This document shows, in pieces, positions 13,063 to 25,325 of a stretch of 64,000 nucleotides of DNA. Location: the NCBI GenBank assembly GCA_003971905.1, contig RSEE01000048.1:62001-126000 (forward strand), read 5' to 3'. Made by a program: the position numbers and the translations under genes. Source of the stretch: Moniliella sp. 'wahieum' (Eukaryota). Under the pieces are notes generated by a model. That model did not search any database, was not told the DNA's origin, and saw nothing but the letters and a program-made list of their open reading frames with translations. Positions within the stretch are counted from its first letter, which is position 1, and each line of letters starts with the position of its first letter.

Positions 13063-13207
13063 TGTGAGAAGGCACAGCCCGGGGGAAAGTGAGGAAAAGA
13101 AGAGACTCGAATGGGATTCGAACCCTGTCATCGCCTATTGGCCAGGGATGCGTTACCACTACGTTATCGAGCGGGGATAAGAGCAGCTGCAGGATCACAG
13201 TCTAACA
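13063..13207. mobile_element. 145-bp solo LTR (TRIM-like) containing a tRNA-like sequence
   Basis: Begins TGTGAGA and ends TCTAACA (6/7 inverted match); flanked by GTGG direct repeats (13059-62, 13208-11). Copy A shows the empty site AAGGTGGCGACGCAGC. Confidence 0.7.
13104..13172 (-). pseudogene. tRNA-derived sequence (degenerate, possibly Gly-GCC) with A and B boxes
   Basis: Minus strand GCTCGATAACGTAGTGGTAACGCATCCCTGGCCAATAGGCGATGACAGGGTTCGAATCCCATTCGAGTC: A-box-like TAACGTAGTGG, B box GGTTCGAATCC, acceptor pairing GCTCGA/TCGAGT, TTTT just downstream. Anticodon loop non-canonical. Confidence 0.7.
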
Positions 13208-13415
13208 GTGGAGACGCAGCATCAAGCTGGGGCGAAGCCCCAGCTGACCGGGCCGTAGGCCCGGTGGTCTCCTCGTTATCATTTACAGAGTTTGTGTACG
13301 TACGCGCTTACGGCTGGGACAAAGAGACGCCTGAATAAACCGATCTCCTGGTTCAGTACGTCCATGTTCACCGGTCACCCATCTCCAATTGTTAATTGTC
13401 CAATATACAAACCCA

Positions 13416-14594
13416 CTAGAAGACCACCGGGCCTGCGGCCCGGTCAGCTGGGGCCGAAGCCCCAGCTGTGCTGCGTCGCCACCTTAGCCACCGGTCCGCC
13501 CTTCGCCACCGTAGCCACCCTTCCCCCCATCGCCCCACCTTAGCCACCGGTCCACCGTCGCCATCGTAGCCTCCATTCCACGCTGGAGGAATTTTATCAC
13601 CCATGTGCATGGCTGAGCGCGCGGGGTGGGTTGCGGGGCTGCGTCACCGCGCACCGAACGCAAACAAATAGGTAAGCATGACGTAAAAGTAAAAAGGGGG
13701 GGTCTGCGATATAAAAGAGAGAGCACAGCAACCCGCTGAGCCACAACTGGCTCTCCGCCATTCCATCCGTCCCGTACCTCAAGCTCTCTGACCAGCAGGT
13801 CCAGGTTGGTCTCCAGCTCCGCACGCTGTGCCGCACCACGCGCAGCATGTGCAAGTGCGGCGTCATGTCCTCGCTGGAACACATCATGTCCTGCACCCGC
13901 ACCCAGGCCAGTTTGGTGCGTTGCATGAGGCAGTGCGGGAGCCCATTCTCCAGCTCCTCCGCTCCACCCCCGACACCCACGTCCACAACGAACCTATGGT
14001 GGAGGAAGAGGATGGACGAGGCGCGGACGGAAGGCACAGCGCACCGATTACCGTGTGATGGGCCCGGAGCACTGGGAGGAACCGGAATGGAGGTAGACCA
14101 CACGCTGCGCGACACGGGATCGCAGGAGGCGCAGAGCGCGTACCGGCGGGTGGTGCATGAGAGCACTGCGTCGCCTTTGGAACGCCGGGAGAAGGAACTG
14201 CTTCGGCTGCTTGAACAAGCAGAATGCGACAAAACGCAAGTACCAGGGACGCACTCAAGAGCCGTTTTTCCCCTGGTTCTGACGACGCGAGGATACTACG
14301 GCACCAAGACGGCGGGCAAGTTGTTTGCGCATTGGAAGGAGTTGGCTACTAAGTCTCAGTGGAAATGGTTCCTCGCTCGGATGTCAACCACGTTCCTCCG
14401 GTCCACACGCGCTTCCTAGGGTACGGGACCGGATGGCGAGAGCCGGAGGGTCCTGATATCCTGGCGATCCCCTGGTTCCTTGACCTTAGTGGCGCTTCCA
14501 AGTAACCCCCGCAAGATGAACGGTTTCGGTTAGACGTAGCGTTCCCCCTGTCCCAGCCTTAAGCTCTGTCAATGATATGAATTCAAAAGAGAGA
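13416..14594 (-). mobile_element. Non-autonomous Helitron, family 1 (copy E), with a retrotransposon inserted at its 5' end
   Basis: Minus-strand 3' end CCGGGCC-GCA-GGCCCGG-TGGTCTT-CTAG|T; 5' end A|TCTCTCTTTT; subterminal repeats at about 13470-13580. Confidence 0.8.
13723..14584 (+). mobile_element. 5'-truncated CRE-clade (Cnl1/MoTeR-like) non-LTR retrotransposon: CCHC finger, restriction-like endonuclease and 3' UTR
   Basis: Joining frames gives WLSAIPSVPYLKLSDQQVQVGLQLRTL..CKCGVMSSLEHIMSC..HEAVREPILQLL..VHNEP..RTDYRVMGP..MEVDHT..RKYQGRTQEPFFPLVLTTRG..LFAHW, stop at 14419. Flanked by a 10-bp direct repeat AAAAGAGAGA (13713-22, 14585-94). Confidence 0.85.
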
Positions 14595-15501
14595 TTGAAT
14601 ATTGGTCTTGAAGAGCTTGGTGTCGATGATATTCGTAGATGAAAATGATTCGATGATGCATGATGTAATGCATGATGTGACATGTCACTGTGACATGCGA
14701 ATACTCAGGCTCAGGCGCTCAGGCGCTCAGGCCTTCAGGTGTACTCGATCAGGTACCCTGTCAGTACTCAGTGTACTCAGTACTGACTCTGATATTGATA
14801 TCCAGTCTGAGATCTGACACGACACTGTGCATGACGCATGACGCATGACGAATGATGCATGATGATGATCGATGATCTAGCGTCTAACGTTTAACGTTTA
14901 TCCGATTCATCTCGATATATCGAACAGGATTGCGCTCAGCGATGGCTACAGTGCTCGATCCTCCCCTACGTGTGACATGTGAGCACCCATTGATCGATCA
15001 TCGATCATCGATCATGCATTATTTTTTGCGTCAATGTGTGACATGGGTAACTCTGTACTGAGACTCAATACTGATACTGAACTCAGTACACGGATGTACT
15101 CAGTGAGTACTTAACGTTCAACGTTAACGTTTAACCCTCCAAATACCTAGTACCTGAGATGACGGGGCACCTTTTGCCGTCTCTTCTCGAGACTGAAATG
15201 CAAAAACAGCTGGTATCTCTCCGTTGCTTTCAATAAGCTTCAAGCTCATCGAGTTGATCTTAAATCTTATTACGAGTCTTCCAGTTTCCTCCCTCCAATC
15301 TGCTATGTTACCCTACGGCTGAGATACCCGCGGATCGGAGGAGGATAATCGATAACCGCAAAAGCATAATGCCCCCCACGCCGAGGATCCAACGGAACAA
15401 TTGATGTTGGATGTTTTCCTGCGGGGCCGGCGATATCAGGCCAATACCAGCGGTGGAGCATCTCGCCATAATGAATCTCTCAGACCTCAACATATGTGGT
15501 A

Positions 15502-16585
15502 CGAGGAAGTGCTATCGGATGACACTCTTAGTGCCTTCGCAGCCTTCGCTTGCTTCTATTGGAGGGTAGTGCTGGGTTTCCCTGCACGGCCCTCGGTGGA
15601 TCGGTGACGCTCACTTAGCCAGGCGGAAGGTTCCGCTCGCAGGGGCTACGCCCTGCTCGCTTCATCTCCCTTCTCTCTCCTGTCTCCTTCCCTTCATTCA
15701 GATGTGCTTGAAGACTTGTGGCTCACCACTTTGCCTTCACGCCTTGTCTGAAGGCTGCTTTGCAGCTGACCCATAGGATCGCGAACGCTCCCAAGTCGCA
15801 CTCTATAACTTCGTCTAATTCGCTCTGTCAACATCTATGCCAGTGCGATGGGGCTTAGACAGAAGGGGGGGTTACCAAAAAGGGGCCAACCAACAGTCAG
15901 CATCCTCGATTAGTGGGGATCCTTTATCCCACCTTCCATTCTCGTCGTTTCCCGCCTTCCTCCAGCATTTTCATGTGCCCAATCGCGCGAGCCTTTTCCT
16001 TCAGCCGCGTCGGTTCCCCGTACCATAGCATGTCGCGTGGATTCCTTTCACAGCCACTGCCCTGCCTCAGCCCTGGCAGTGTCTGTCCGCTCCACTGCAT
16101 CTACCCGTCTCTTCAGCCCCGGAGGCTTCAGACACGTTACTACCCTTCAGCCGGCGTATACGCAGCTTGCACCGCGGCAGCCGCCTCGGCTTCACGTCCA
16201 AAGGCTTCTCCCCCTCGCTCGGATCCTCCAAGTAGCCCAAGCCCGAAACTACCGTGAGTCGTCCTTCACCTAAGGGATTGTCACAGGTCGTCGTAATCAC
16301 GTACATGGATCGAGCCCTCGACGGCAGTGGGGCACAACCGTGGGCGTGGATTGAAGGGGCACCGTGTGCCAGTGTGGTCGTTGGTGCGGCAATGGGGGCA
16401 CCGCGGTGAGCACGGGCAGGGGGCATTTTAAGGGATGGAGGGAGCGTCGACGCGAACTCTGTCATATGCCCGATGGTTGGCGCAGCCCCCTCCGTCACGT
16501 GCAGGTGGGGAGCAGTAGGGGTTCAGTCGGGGGGCAGTAGAGTTGTTGGCGGATTTCTTTGCTCCTGCCATATGGTAATAGAAGA
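15502..16585 (-). mobile_element. Helitron-like element, family 2 (copy C)
   Basis: Inverted homologue of 11467-12792 with A|TC 5' end and CTCG|T 3' end; retains the zinc-knuckle remnant at about 16320-16427. Confidence 0.65.
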
Positions 16586-16747
16586 TCCATCCACCATTGC
16601 ATGAGCATGACACTGATATGGATGCAGAAGTAGAGATCCCGGACACCCAGATTCTCACGACCCGCGGTGGAGGAAGCTCGATTTTCCCATGAAGAAAAGA
16701 TATGTGAAAAGTACACAGGACAAGCATAGCACAGGGAATATCCCCGT

Positions 16748-18563
16748 TCAATCAAGCTGAAGCACTCGTGCCAGGGCTGAGCTCAACGTCGAGCTCACTA
16801 GGATCATCTCTAGCGCGCCCATTAACCTGGATGATTCTTTGTTGGAGTCGAGATCGGAATCAATTTGTTCCAAATCCGTCCAAACGTCTCGTCAACCAAG
16901 GGCGACTGGCCCAGCATGCCGGAATACACATCAATGATCACGTCCAAGGTATCAGCCGACAAGTCAATGTAGGCAGGGGTCAACAGCGTGGCGCAAAAGG
17001 AACCGTAGTAAGGTTCAGTCCTACATCGTCCGGTCCATCACAGCAATCCGGAGGCTTCCGAGCTGCCCGTTTGGACTGTTGATACTGGACTGCGTGGATG
17101 AGCTCAAGGAGAAGCGCAAATGTCACTTCGGGTGCAACTCCTTGCGCAAGACAGCATCCAAGCGCCATGAAGTTGAACGACTTGAGATACTTGTCGTACG
17201 GTTTGAGACGAGCCGAGCGTGGTCGATCGGCACGTAAGTCGTCGTGAGCGGCCACACTACTGTCCAACACAGGAACATCTCCGTCAACGCGCTGCTTCGG
17301 GCTAGCTGGTGCTCCAAGCCTTCCCCAATAATGCCGCTCTCCATCTTGCCGTCGGACAACCTCGGAGGCCTTGAGATCCCGTTTTCGGATGCACATCGTT
17401 CCATCAACATACCCACAGCAAGTTTCCCTCGTCTGGGGCAAGAGCCATGCAAAGAATAGGCGCGGGTAGCGCATTGTGTGGGTCACACGGAAATCTTGGG
17501 CAGGGTCATAACCTTGACCAATTGGTCGAGACCCGCCCGTCAAGATCGCAAGCTTTGCGACCCTTCATCGGACGATCCTACCACGCGCTATCCATAGTGA
17601 TGGCCAAGCTGGTGATTGCCTTTTGATGATTGGACACAGCCTTGAGACAGCCCCCCCTCATCAGGTCCCATGCTCGCATACTGGCCGCCACACTGAGTGC
17701 CCCCTCCGCCACATCGGTAGATGGTAACATCGTTGACCGGGAGCGGTGTTCCATCCGCATCACCTCACCCCCATTCTCCTCTATGCGTGCGTCCCATAGC
17801 CTCACATACCATCATAGGATCCACTGAGAAGAAGAGAGGGGTTGTCGGGGCTAACGGCTGCATACGAACCTAGTCCGTGTGTCGATCGAAAACGCGAACA
17901 GCGCTTTGGTCAGCATGTCCCATAATCGCATTGTCTGGTCGTCCGAGCAGAAAGAACTTGAGTGGGATTCGAGGAAACTTTGTTACATGAACAGGACTAA
18001 GATGATCGGTTAGCAATCTGCTATATCCAAATATAGAGGAGACCAAGGACCGAGACGTTACTGTTTGTGACCCCGAAAGGTCCGTAAGATGGCGCGGGAG
18101 TTAACGTCAAACACCTGGATCAGGCCTGAATCATCACCAACAACCATCAGGCGCGACCATCAGAACGATGTGGCCGGAGCGGGCCACATCGGTAAAGCGA
18201 GAGACGGTCTTGACAACCTTGTCGGTGCGCGTCGAAAAAGTTGGACACGGGCCCAGCTGTGACTGCATAGCGTTGGGTGGCCTGAGATGACAGGGACCCA
18301 CTCTGCGCGCCGGGAACAGAGGCAACAGGGTTGGCCACCGCCCTCTCGCCAGTCAGAGCCTCTGGACCAGTGGTGGCGAAGGGGGAGGCGGGCACGTAGT
18401 GGATGCAGGTGATAGGTGCGTGCTCCTTAAGAAAGACAGGAGCACGGAAGCGGCGCCAGTACGCTGTCTCGCTAGAGACAGCACTTGCAACAGCCTTGGA
18501 CGCCTGCTTGGCAGTGATCGCCTTGGCTTGGACGTTGCCAATGTCGAGCTTGGCAAAGTCCAT
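16748..18563 (-). CDS. UTP15: U3 snoRNA-associated protein 15 (WD40 + UTP15 C-terminal domain), heavily frameshifted in this assembly
   Basis: ETAYWRRFRAPVFLKEHAPITCIH; VVKTVSRFTDVARSGHI; WDLMRGG.LKAVSNHQKAITSL; RLKPYDKYLKSF; VTFALLLELIH; IDVYSGMLGQSPLVDE..GALEMI. Confidence 0.88.
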
Positions 18564-18782
18564 CGCGGCAATTAATGGCGGCCTTGCCGGCGGTGGAGAA
18601 GGCCAAAATAGAGAGTACCACGATCCAGCTAGAAAAAATAGGTGCGGAATAAGGCGGAATACGAGCGCCCGACAACAACATCAGCCAAAACACGCTCGGC
18701 AGGCAGCAAGGCAGGGTGTCACCATCGGGGATATGTATCTTCTGTTGTGCCATCACCACCTGACCCTCCCTTCCATCTCATC

Positions 18783-19543
18783 ATGGCCCACGTTCTTGAA
18801 CCTCTGGACCAGGTCTCTCCGTGTAAGCTCCCCCCTCCCCTGGCCATACTTCAACACATGCGCCGCTGACCCTGTTTAGACCGCGATTCGCGGTCCAATG
18901 TCAGCATGGACGTATACTACGACCAGCTTGCCAAGACAGCGACGCTGTATATTGGCAATCTTTCGTTCTATACAACCGAGGAACAAATATACGAGCTGTT
19001 TAACCAGTGCTCTGCCCCAGGATTTGGTATCAAGCGTGTTATCATGGGGCTGGACCGCAACACCAAAACGCCTTGCGGATTTTGCTTTGTTGAGTACTAT
19101 AAGCACTCGGAGGCTGTCGCATGCATGCGCTACATTAGCGGCACCAAACTCGACGAACGCTTCATTCGATGTGATTTGGATTCTGGATACCGGGATGGCC
19201 GCCAGTATGGACGGGCCGCAGCGGAGGCCAAGTCCGGGATGAGTACCGTCAAGAGTACGATGCCGGCCGTGGTGGTTGGGGTCATGCGCGGATTCAAGAG
19301 GAAGAGGATCGGAGGCGGCGCGAAGAACAAATTCGTGCTGTGTATGGCGCTTCGACGATCGAGGGAATGCCCCACGCGGAAGGGGACCAGCAACGGGTTA
19401 TTCCATCCGGTGCAGAGGGGGAGTACTATGAGGACTATGCCCAGGCCCGTGGCCATGTCCCTGACTCGCACCTCAAACGCGATCGTAGTGATGAAGCGGA
19501 TGAGGATGAGGGTCATAAAATTCCAAGAATGGACGAAGAGTAA
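18783..19543 (+). CDS. CBC2: Nuclear cap-binding protein subunit 2 (CBP20)
   Basis: Exon 1 [13 protein letters not shown], intron 18823-18879 (GTAAGC..CTGAC..TAG), then [46 protein letters not shown]; frameshift near 19217. Confidence 0.95.
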
Positions 19544-19641
19544 GATTCGCATTTCATATCAAATTGCTTCAATCGTGCAAGGCATGGTCCGAGTTGGGTA
19601 AGTGATGATATATGTGGCAAGGGAGGCAGCAGAAGTAAACG

Positions 19642-21395
19642 TTAGAAAGGATTAGGCGAAGGAGTCATGGCGCGAGAAGGGGGTATGCTTGGGCGGGTGT
19701 ACTGGGCGGAATTCAAGCTCCCATTGATGGGAAACGAAGAAAAACGAGAGGAGAGGTCAACAGAGGTGGTGTGTGCAGTAGACAAGGTCGTGGTACGGTG
19801 GACTCTTGTATGCATAGGTGTCGCGGGTTCGCTGCGCTTGGCCTGACGGGTCTGATGGTCCGAACGCAACATGAAACAAAACGCGATCAAGACGCCGAGT
19901 CCACCGAGTCCGACAGCGAAGAAAAGAGCGTCATGGTATCCCTTAAGGATCATTTCATCCCCAAGGTTGCCAGTAGAAGTACTTTGGGCAATGGTTGTGG
20001 CCAAGCCTAGGCTCAGGGAACCAGTGTAGTTGATGACGGTGCAAACAAGGGAGGCTACGACCCCTTGCTGATCCGGACTAACAGAGTTGGAAAGCAGTAT
20101 GGTGGCGGAGGGCATTGACAGGTCCATCCCAAACGGCGCGACAATGACCGAAACCATGGTTAGTGCGAAGTAGGTTTGATGAAGGGGTGCGAGTGCTGAT
20201 AAGAGTGGTGCCACGGTAAACGCAATCATCGAGATGAGCATAGTCCTGGCAGGCCCAATCCGGGCAATAACCAGCCCATTGAGAGAGCTGCACATGCGCC
20301 GAAAATGGGACAGGGCAGAAATTGGAGAGCGGCAATGATTGGTGTTTGGTGACGAAGGAAGTAAATCTCCATTGACCATAGTACAACCACACGGTGAAAG
20401 CGGCCCACCCCCCCATTGCACCGAGCATGTAAGCAGTGGAGGAGTTCAACACTTCTTTTGCCAGCAGAGGATTTTCAGCCACTTTCAGCTCAAAGAAGAA
20501 AAACAGACCAATGAGAATCACACCGAGGAGGAGAAGGACGATGACCCATGCAACACCCCTCCGACCGTTGGGCCTTCGTTGAAAGCGACATTGATGAGAA
20601 TTAAGGCGGTGACACCCAAGGCTGATCCCCCCATATCGAGGATGCTCATAACATGCGACAGGCTCTTATTTACCTGGGGCCGAGTGAATGGGCGGGGTAG
20701 AGTCCAAGCTGATAAGCCCCAGAACAACACACCATATCCCATTGACCCACATGGCCCACGGCCACCAGACGTATTGAGACAATGCTGCCGAGCCAATTCC
20801 CCCAATCAGAGCGCCTGTCGGAGCAGACATGCCAAAGAGGGAAAACATGAGCGTCTTGCGTTTGCCTGGGGGATAATAGGCACCCAAAAGGGCCAAACCG
20901 TTGGGATAGAATGCAGGCCCGATCCCCGCCATGGTTCGAGAAATTACGAGCAACATGTAGCCCGAGTAAACTGAGAGGCCCGCAATGACCGACCAAATGG
21001 CAAACCAAATCCAACCGAAGAGGACCATGCGTCGATGACCAACTAACACGTCGCCCATCCTACCAGACACAAGGATGAGTGTACCACATGTAAGGGAGAA
21101 TCCCGCAATCAGCCAACTCGATTGGCCAGGGTTGAGATTGAACTCTTTGACCAGCAAGTCAAGTGGGGCCAGACATGACGACAGTCCTGCTTGGCACATG
21201 AACTGTGTTTGACAAACGCAAAAGACAAAGGTAACTTCTCGAAGCCCATGAACTTGTTCCAGAGTTGGGGCAGATGTGGAGTGGCCATTGGCGCAGTGGG
21301 CTGTTGGGCTCTGCTGTCCCCAAGTCCACATCTGACATGTCATATACCGAATTATCCTTGAACGAGGACTGGAGCAGTGAGGAAGTTGATCCCAT
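19642..21395 (-). CDS. MFS drug:H+ antiporter-like transporter (Atr1-like)
   Basis: SWLIAGFSLTCGTLILVSGRMGDV, ALLGAYYPPGKRK, APFGMDLSMPSATILLSNSV..QQGVVASLVCTVINY and many TM segments over several frameshifted ORFs. Start approximate. Confidence 0.88.
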
Positions 21396-22180
21396 CGGAG
21401 ACCATGCAAGTAAGGAGTTTGCGACCAGGGCGTCATGGGAAGAGCCAAATCATTTATCTTCGTTTCCTCAAGAACCTGCATCCCTTTTGCCATGGGGACA
21501 GGAGTAGCGTCGCATCGACCCAAGACGAGGTGGGGCCGGATGATGCGTGTGGCTCCCAGGCTTGGGGGGTTGGTCGTCAGCCATCGCGGTCGACGACGGC
21601 CAATTAACAAGAGAGAGAGTGGGAGAGGGGGGGGTAAAAAAACAGCGGTGGTGGACACGGCAACGAACGTTTGTGCGCGATCAAGATCCTGTAGGGAAAA
21701 TACAGGATCCACACTTGCTCGCGAATAAGACGCGCGGGCGGGGGGTGGTGATGATAGCACTGGGACAGTGCCAATCAAGCCAAAGTCGCCCGATTTGGGA
21801 GGGCTGCCTCCGAGCTCCCCCTGTCCAACCTCTGAGGTCTCAATACTCAATGCTCTCCAAGTTGAACGTTGAACTTCAGATAAACGCTAAATGTTCAATC
21901 CAACTACTCGATGGCAGCACATCTACCTGGGGGGCTCCGTAGGTTGCAACTATAGGGCGAAGATATATATTCGCTTCAAAGCAACGCATGTCGGACGTCT
22001 GTAGTGTGGCAATCGTCCTAGTTCCTTGGCGTACAGAAAGCAAAACTATAGTAGAGTGTAACGGTCTAGAGGCCAATTCAGTCGTCCATTCTTCGGCAGG
22101 CATCGAGGGCACGGAGAGAATAGACTAATATCTCTTGGGGAGATCAGAGGCGACTAGCCTCCCCTCGGGCGATGATTAAG

Positions 22181-25100
22181 TTAATGGCCAGCTGTTGATA
22201 ATGGGAGGCTGTCGTCAATGTCAGGACCAGTAAGCCCATGATCAGCAGCATCTTGATCAAACAACATTTGGCTTGTCTGCAAACAAACTTGCACTTCTTG
22301 CGCCATGGGCACCACCATGTCGTAGTGCTGAGCGAGCCTTACGAGCGTATCGTGGGCCATACGGACCTTGTCCCAAATATCGACGAGGACCGTCAAGCGA
22401 TCTTGCTGCGAGGGATGGGACAATGCATCGTTGGGCTGGGGTTGCAGCGCAGCGGATGCTTGGGCCGACTGGAGTAGGTCGTGTGTTGGGTTCGAGCTGG
22501 AGTTCGACATGAGATCGGCAATCAAATCATTGCTCACGCTCATGACTTGCATCAACAATGTGTACGAGATGAGCAAGGCACTGCATGATGGGAATGGGTT
22601 GGCCCTCAACTCGTCGTGAACCATGATCTCTAGTAAACGCTTTGACGCGTATACACACCGATCCAACGAGTATCGCGCATCAAACACCCCTGGCGATGAG
22701 CGCGGCTTGGTGTCCGCCTGCAACGCCGTAATATCCGTCCCGGAAGGCGGGGCGAAAGAGCCAGGGAACTGCAGTTGCCCGGTCTTTGGTCCAGTGTGGG
22801 CAAGCCAGCGACATGGAGTAACCATTCCCCGGCCGACGTCGTCGGCGCAGAAAAGTCCTGGGTCAGATCCATGTTGCTCGTAAGCCAGTCGGTATTGTCG
22901 CCTCCAGTTGGCAGGTTGGAGGCATGGCTTGACTGGTTCGGAAAGATGGCTGAATAGGCGTCAGGGATCGGTACAGGTGAAAGCGAATTCCCCCCTGTGG
23001 ACAGAGAACGGGAAATGCCAGGCCCCGAGGTACCACCCGTGGTGCCAGGCGATTTTGCGTTCTCGTCATTGACACAGCTAAGGAAGCACAACTTGCGCTC
23101 AAACAGGGAGGCTCCGTGGAATGCTGAGTACAGGTGGAGTGTAAGCCAGGCCGTGTACAGCTGAAGACCAGTGCCGAGTTGTTGGTATGCCACTAACCCC
23201 GCCTCGACCTGCGATAAGTCTGTCGGCCTGTGTGGCCAATCGGGCTGGAGCCAGGGGAGAGGTTGTTGTTCCAGTTGCTCAATTTGGCATGCCAAAGCTT
23301 TGTCAATCGCGACCATATTTTCGATGATTTGGCGGCGCGATGAGGGAGTGGCAGTGACGGTGTGCGTTGAACAACACTACCACTTTGGTTTGATGTCCCA
23401 ACATGCTGCTGGTCTGAGGAAGGCATCAAGGATGGGATCTGTGCCAAACCGGCGATGCGTGAGGCAGCTGCGAGGAGGTAGACTCCTCAGTCGAACCCAA
23501 AGACCAGGACGGGGAAAATATGTCAGGCGATTGCTGGGCCTCATCCATGTCAGTAGACTGCGACAAGGCCAGAACTCGGTCCTGAACCTGTAAAAGCGTT
23601 TGAAGGGTCAAAACATTGCCCACCCAAGCGTTGTGTTGGCCTGATCCCGACGGGAGGGCTGAGGTGACACGCGGATCATCGGCACGAATAGTCAAGAGTT
23701 TCCCGGTATTGTACGAGGCGTACATGAGGAGGGACCAAGTGACCCACCAGATGCGCTTGGACATCTCGAATAGACACTCAGACGAGAAGTGTTCCGTAAT
23801 GTCTCTCCCCACAGACGGAGACGTGCGGGCACCTAGCAGACTCTCAAACGCTTTTTGCGATGAGAGGCGGTGGAGGCCATGGGACATGGCCAATCCTAAG
23901 GCTTGGTCTGCCTTAAGCCGTGCCTTCACCGCTCGCCCAGAACCATATTCATAGATGGCCAACACAGCCAAGGCCTGCAACACTTCAAGAAGAGATCCCC
24001 AATCCGCCTTCTCCTCGATTGTCTCGAGCACTTCATCAATCGCATCTCCGGCCTGTCGGGCATAGTACGCTGCCGTTTGACGCCTGAGCTGGCGTGCCGG
24101 CGAGTTGAATGCATCGGGCCCTTCGGCTCAAGCTCAACCTTTTCATCCAGGAGGGGAAGAATGCACTCGAGCGCCAGCAAAAAGGCAGATCGATGAGACC
24201 CAAACAGCTCCACAAACGTTTCAATGTGCTCCGGTGGTAGTAGAACGGGGATGAAGGCATATAGTTTGAGATAAAAGTCGACCAACAGCTGCCGCGCCCG
24301 TGACTTGGGGTCTGGTACACTGGCGCCCACAGGAAGATCTTGAGTGTCCACCCCGGAAGAAGTTGGGTAGTGACTCAGGGGCGCCAGTGGAGCCGATTGC
24401 CATCCGTGTCCCACCAGATGTGGTAGTGGTCGAGTCAGGTGGAGCCGAAAAGGGGATCTCTTGCTTGACCTGGTCAGTCAACTGGGACACCACCTGGGCC
24501 GATAGCCCTCCCCCGCCAGTGGAGGCCGTAGGGTTCATTGGTTCACTGTCAAACGGCTGACCATTCAGCACCGTTGGCTGGGTAGTTGCACCCATGAGCC
24601 AGGAAAGAAACTGCTGTTGCTGTTGTAGCTCTGGTGCCGTTTGGGTGGCAGTGCTGGCGGTCGTGTCGAGAGTGGGCTGCGCCTGCCCACCATCCACGTT
24701 CATGCTACCCAATGCAACAGAAAGAAGTGAATTGTAGTCAGGTTGGTTCGGGTTGGCTTGGGGGGAAGCTGTGGCCAGAGGATTGGTGGCGGGAAAGGTA
24801 GCAGGGGGGTGTTGAGTTGAGATGCTGATGCGGAAGGATCTAACGCACTTCCTTGTCCCTGGCTCTGGACGTCCTGTGAGGCCAAGAGGGCGGACTGCAG
24901 GGCGTTAAGATCGTACGGGCTGAGGGTGCTCAGATCAACGGGCTGCTGGAATGAGCGCAGCTGTGGGACCAGCCCCGGAACACGGACACTGTGCGGGAGA
25001 TTGGAAAGACCCAGCAGATCGTTGAGATGGGACTGGACGGGGGGCTCCAAGTGCTTGCGCTTGATACCACGGCGAGAGGCCTTGTAGATGCACTCCTGGT

Positions 25101-25325
25101 GCTTCACGATGCACGTCTTGCATGGCTGCTTGCCGTCGCACTTGGACTTGCGCGCACGGCAGAAGAGACACGCCGCCTTGACGGGAGGGGCAGCGTGGCG
25201 TGGGCAGGCGGAGAGGCACTGGAGGCTGGTGGGCTTCTTCTCTTCGTCCTCAAGCTTGATGCGCTTGGCAGAAGGGTCGTCGGGAGCCGACAGGGGGGCG
25301 AGGGGGGAGGAGGGGGCGAGGACAT
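22181..25325 (-). CDS. Zn(II)2Cys6 fungal transcription factor
   Basis: ACLFCRARKSKCDGKQPCKTCIVKHQECIY cluster; middle homology region (LQALAVLAIYEYGSG..KRIWW); Q/S-rich linkers; several frameshifts. Confidence 0.9.

Larger units (their letters stand above)
12795..13275 (+). mobile_element. Non-autonomous Helitron, family 1 (copy D), interrupted by a solo LTR
   Basis: 5' A|TCTCTATACCATA; same subterminal repeats and double hairpin as copy A; ends CTCG|T at 13272-13276. Confidence 0.75.

Noticed and set aside
13104..13172. Functional tRNA gene
   Set aside because: Non-canonical anticodon loop, weak stems, and it lies inside a TG..CA insertion.
11200..13600. Inverted copies at 11.2-11.45 kb and 13.4-13.6 kb as TIRs of one cut-and-paste transposon
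   Set aside because: Their hairpin ends point inward, there is no TSD, and each belongs to a separate element with its own TC 5' end.
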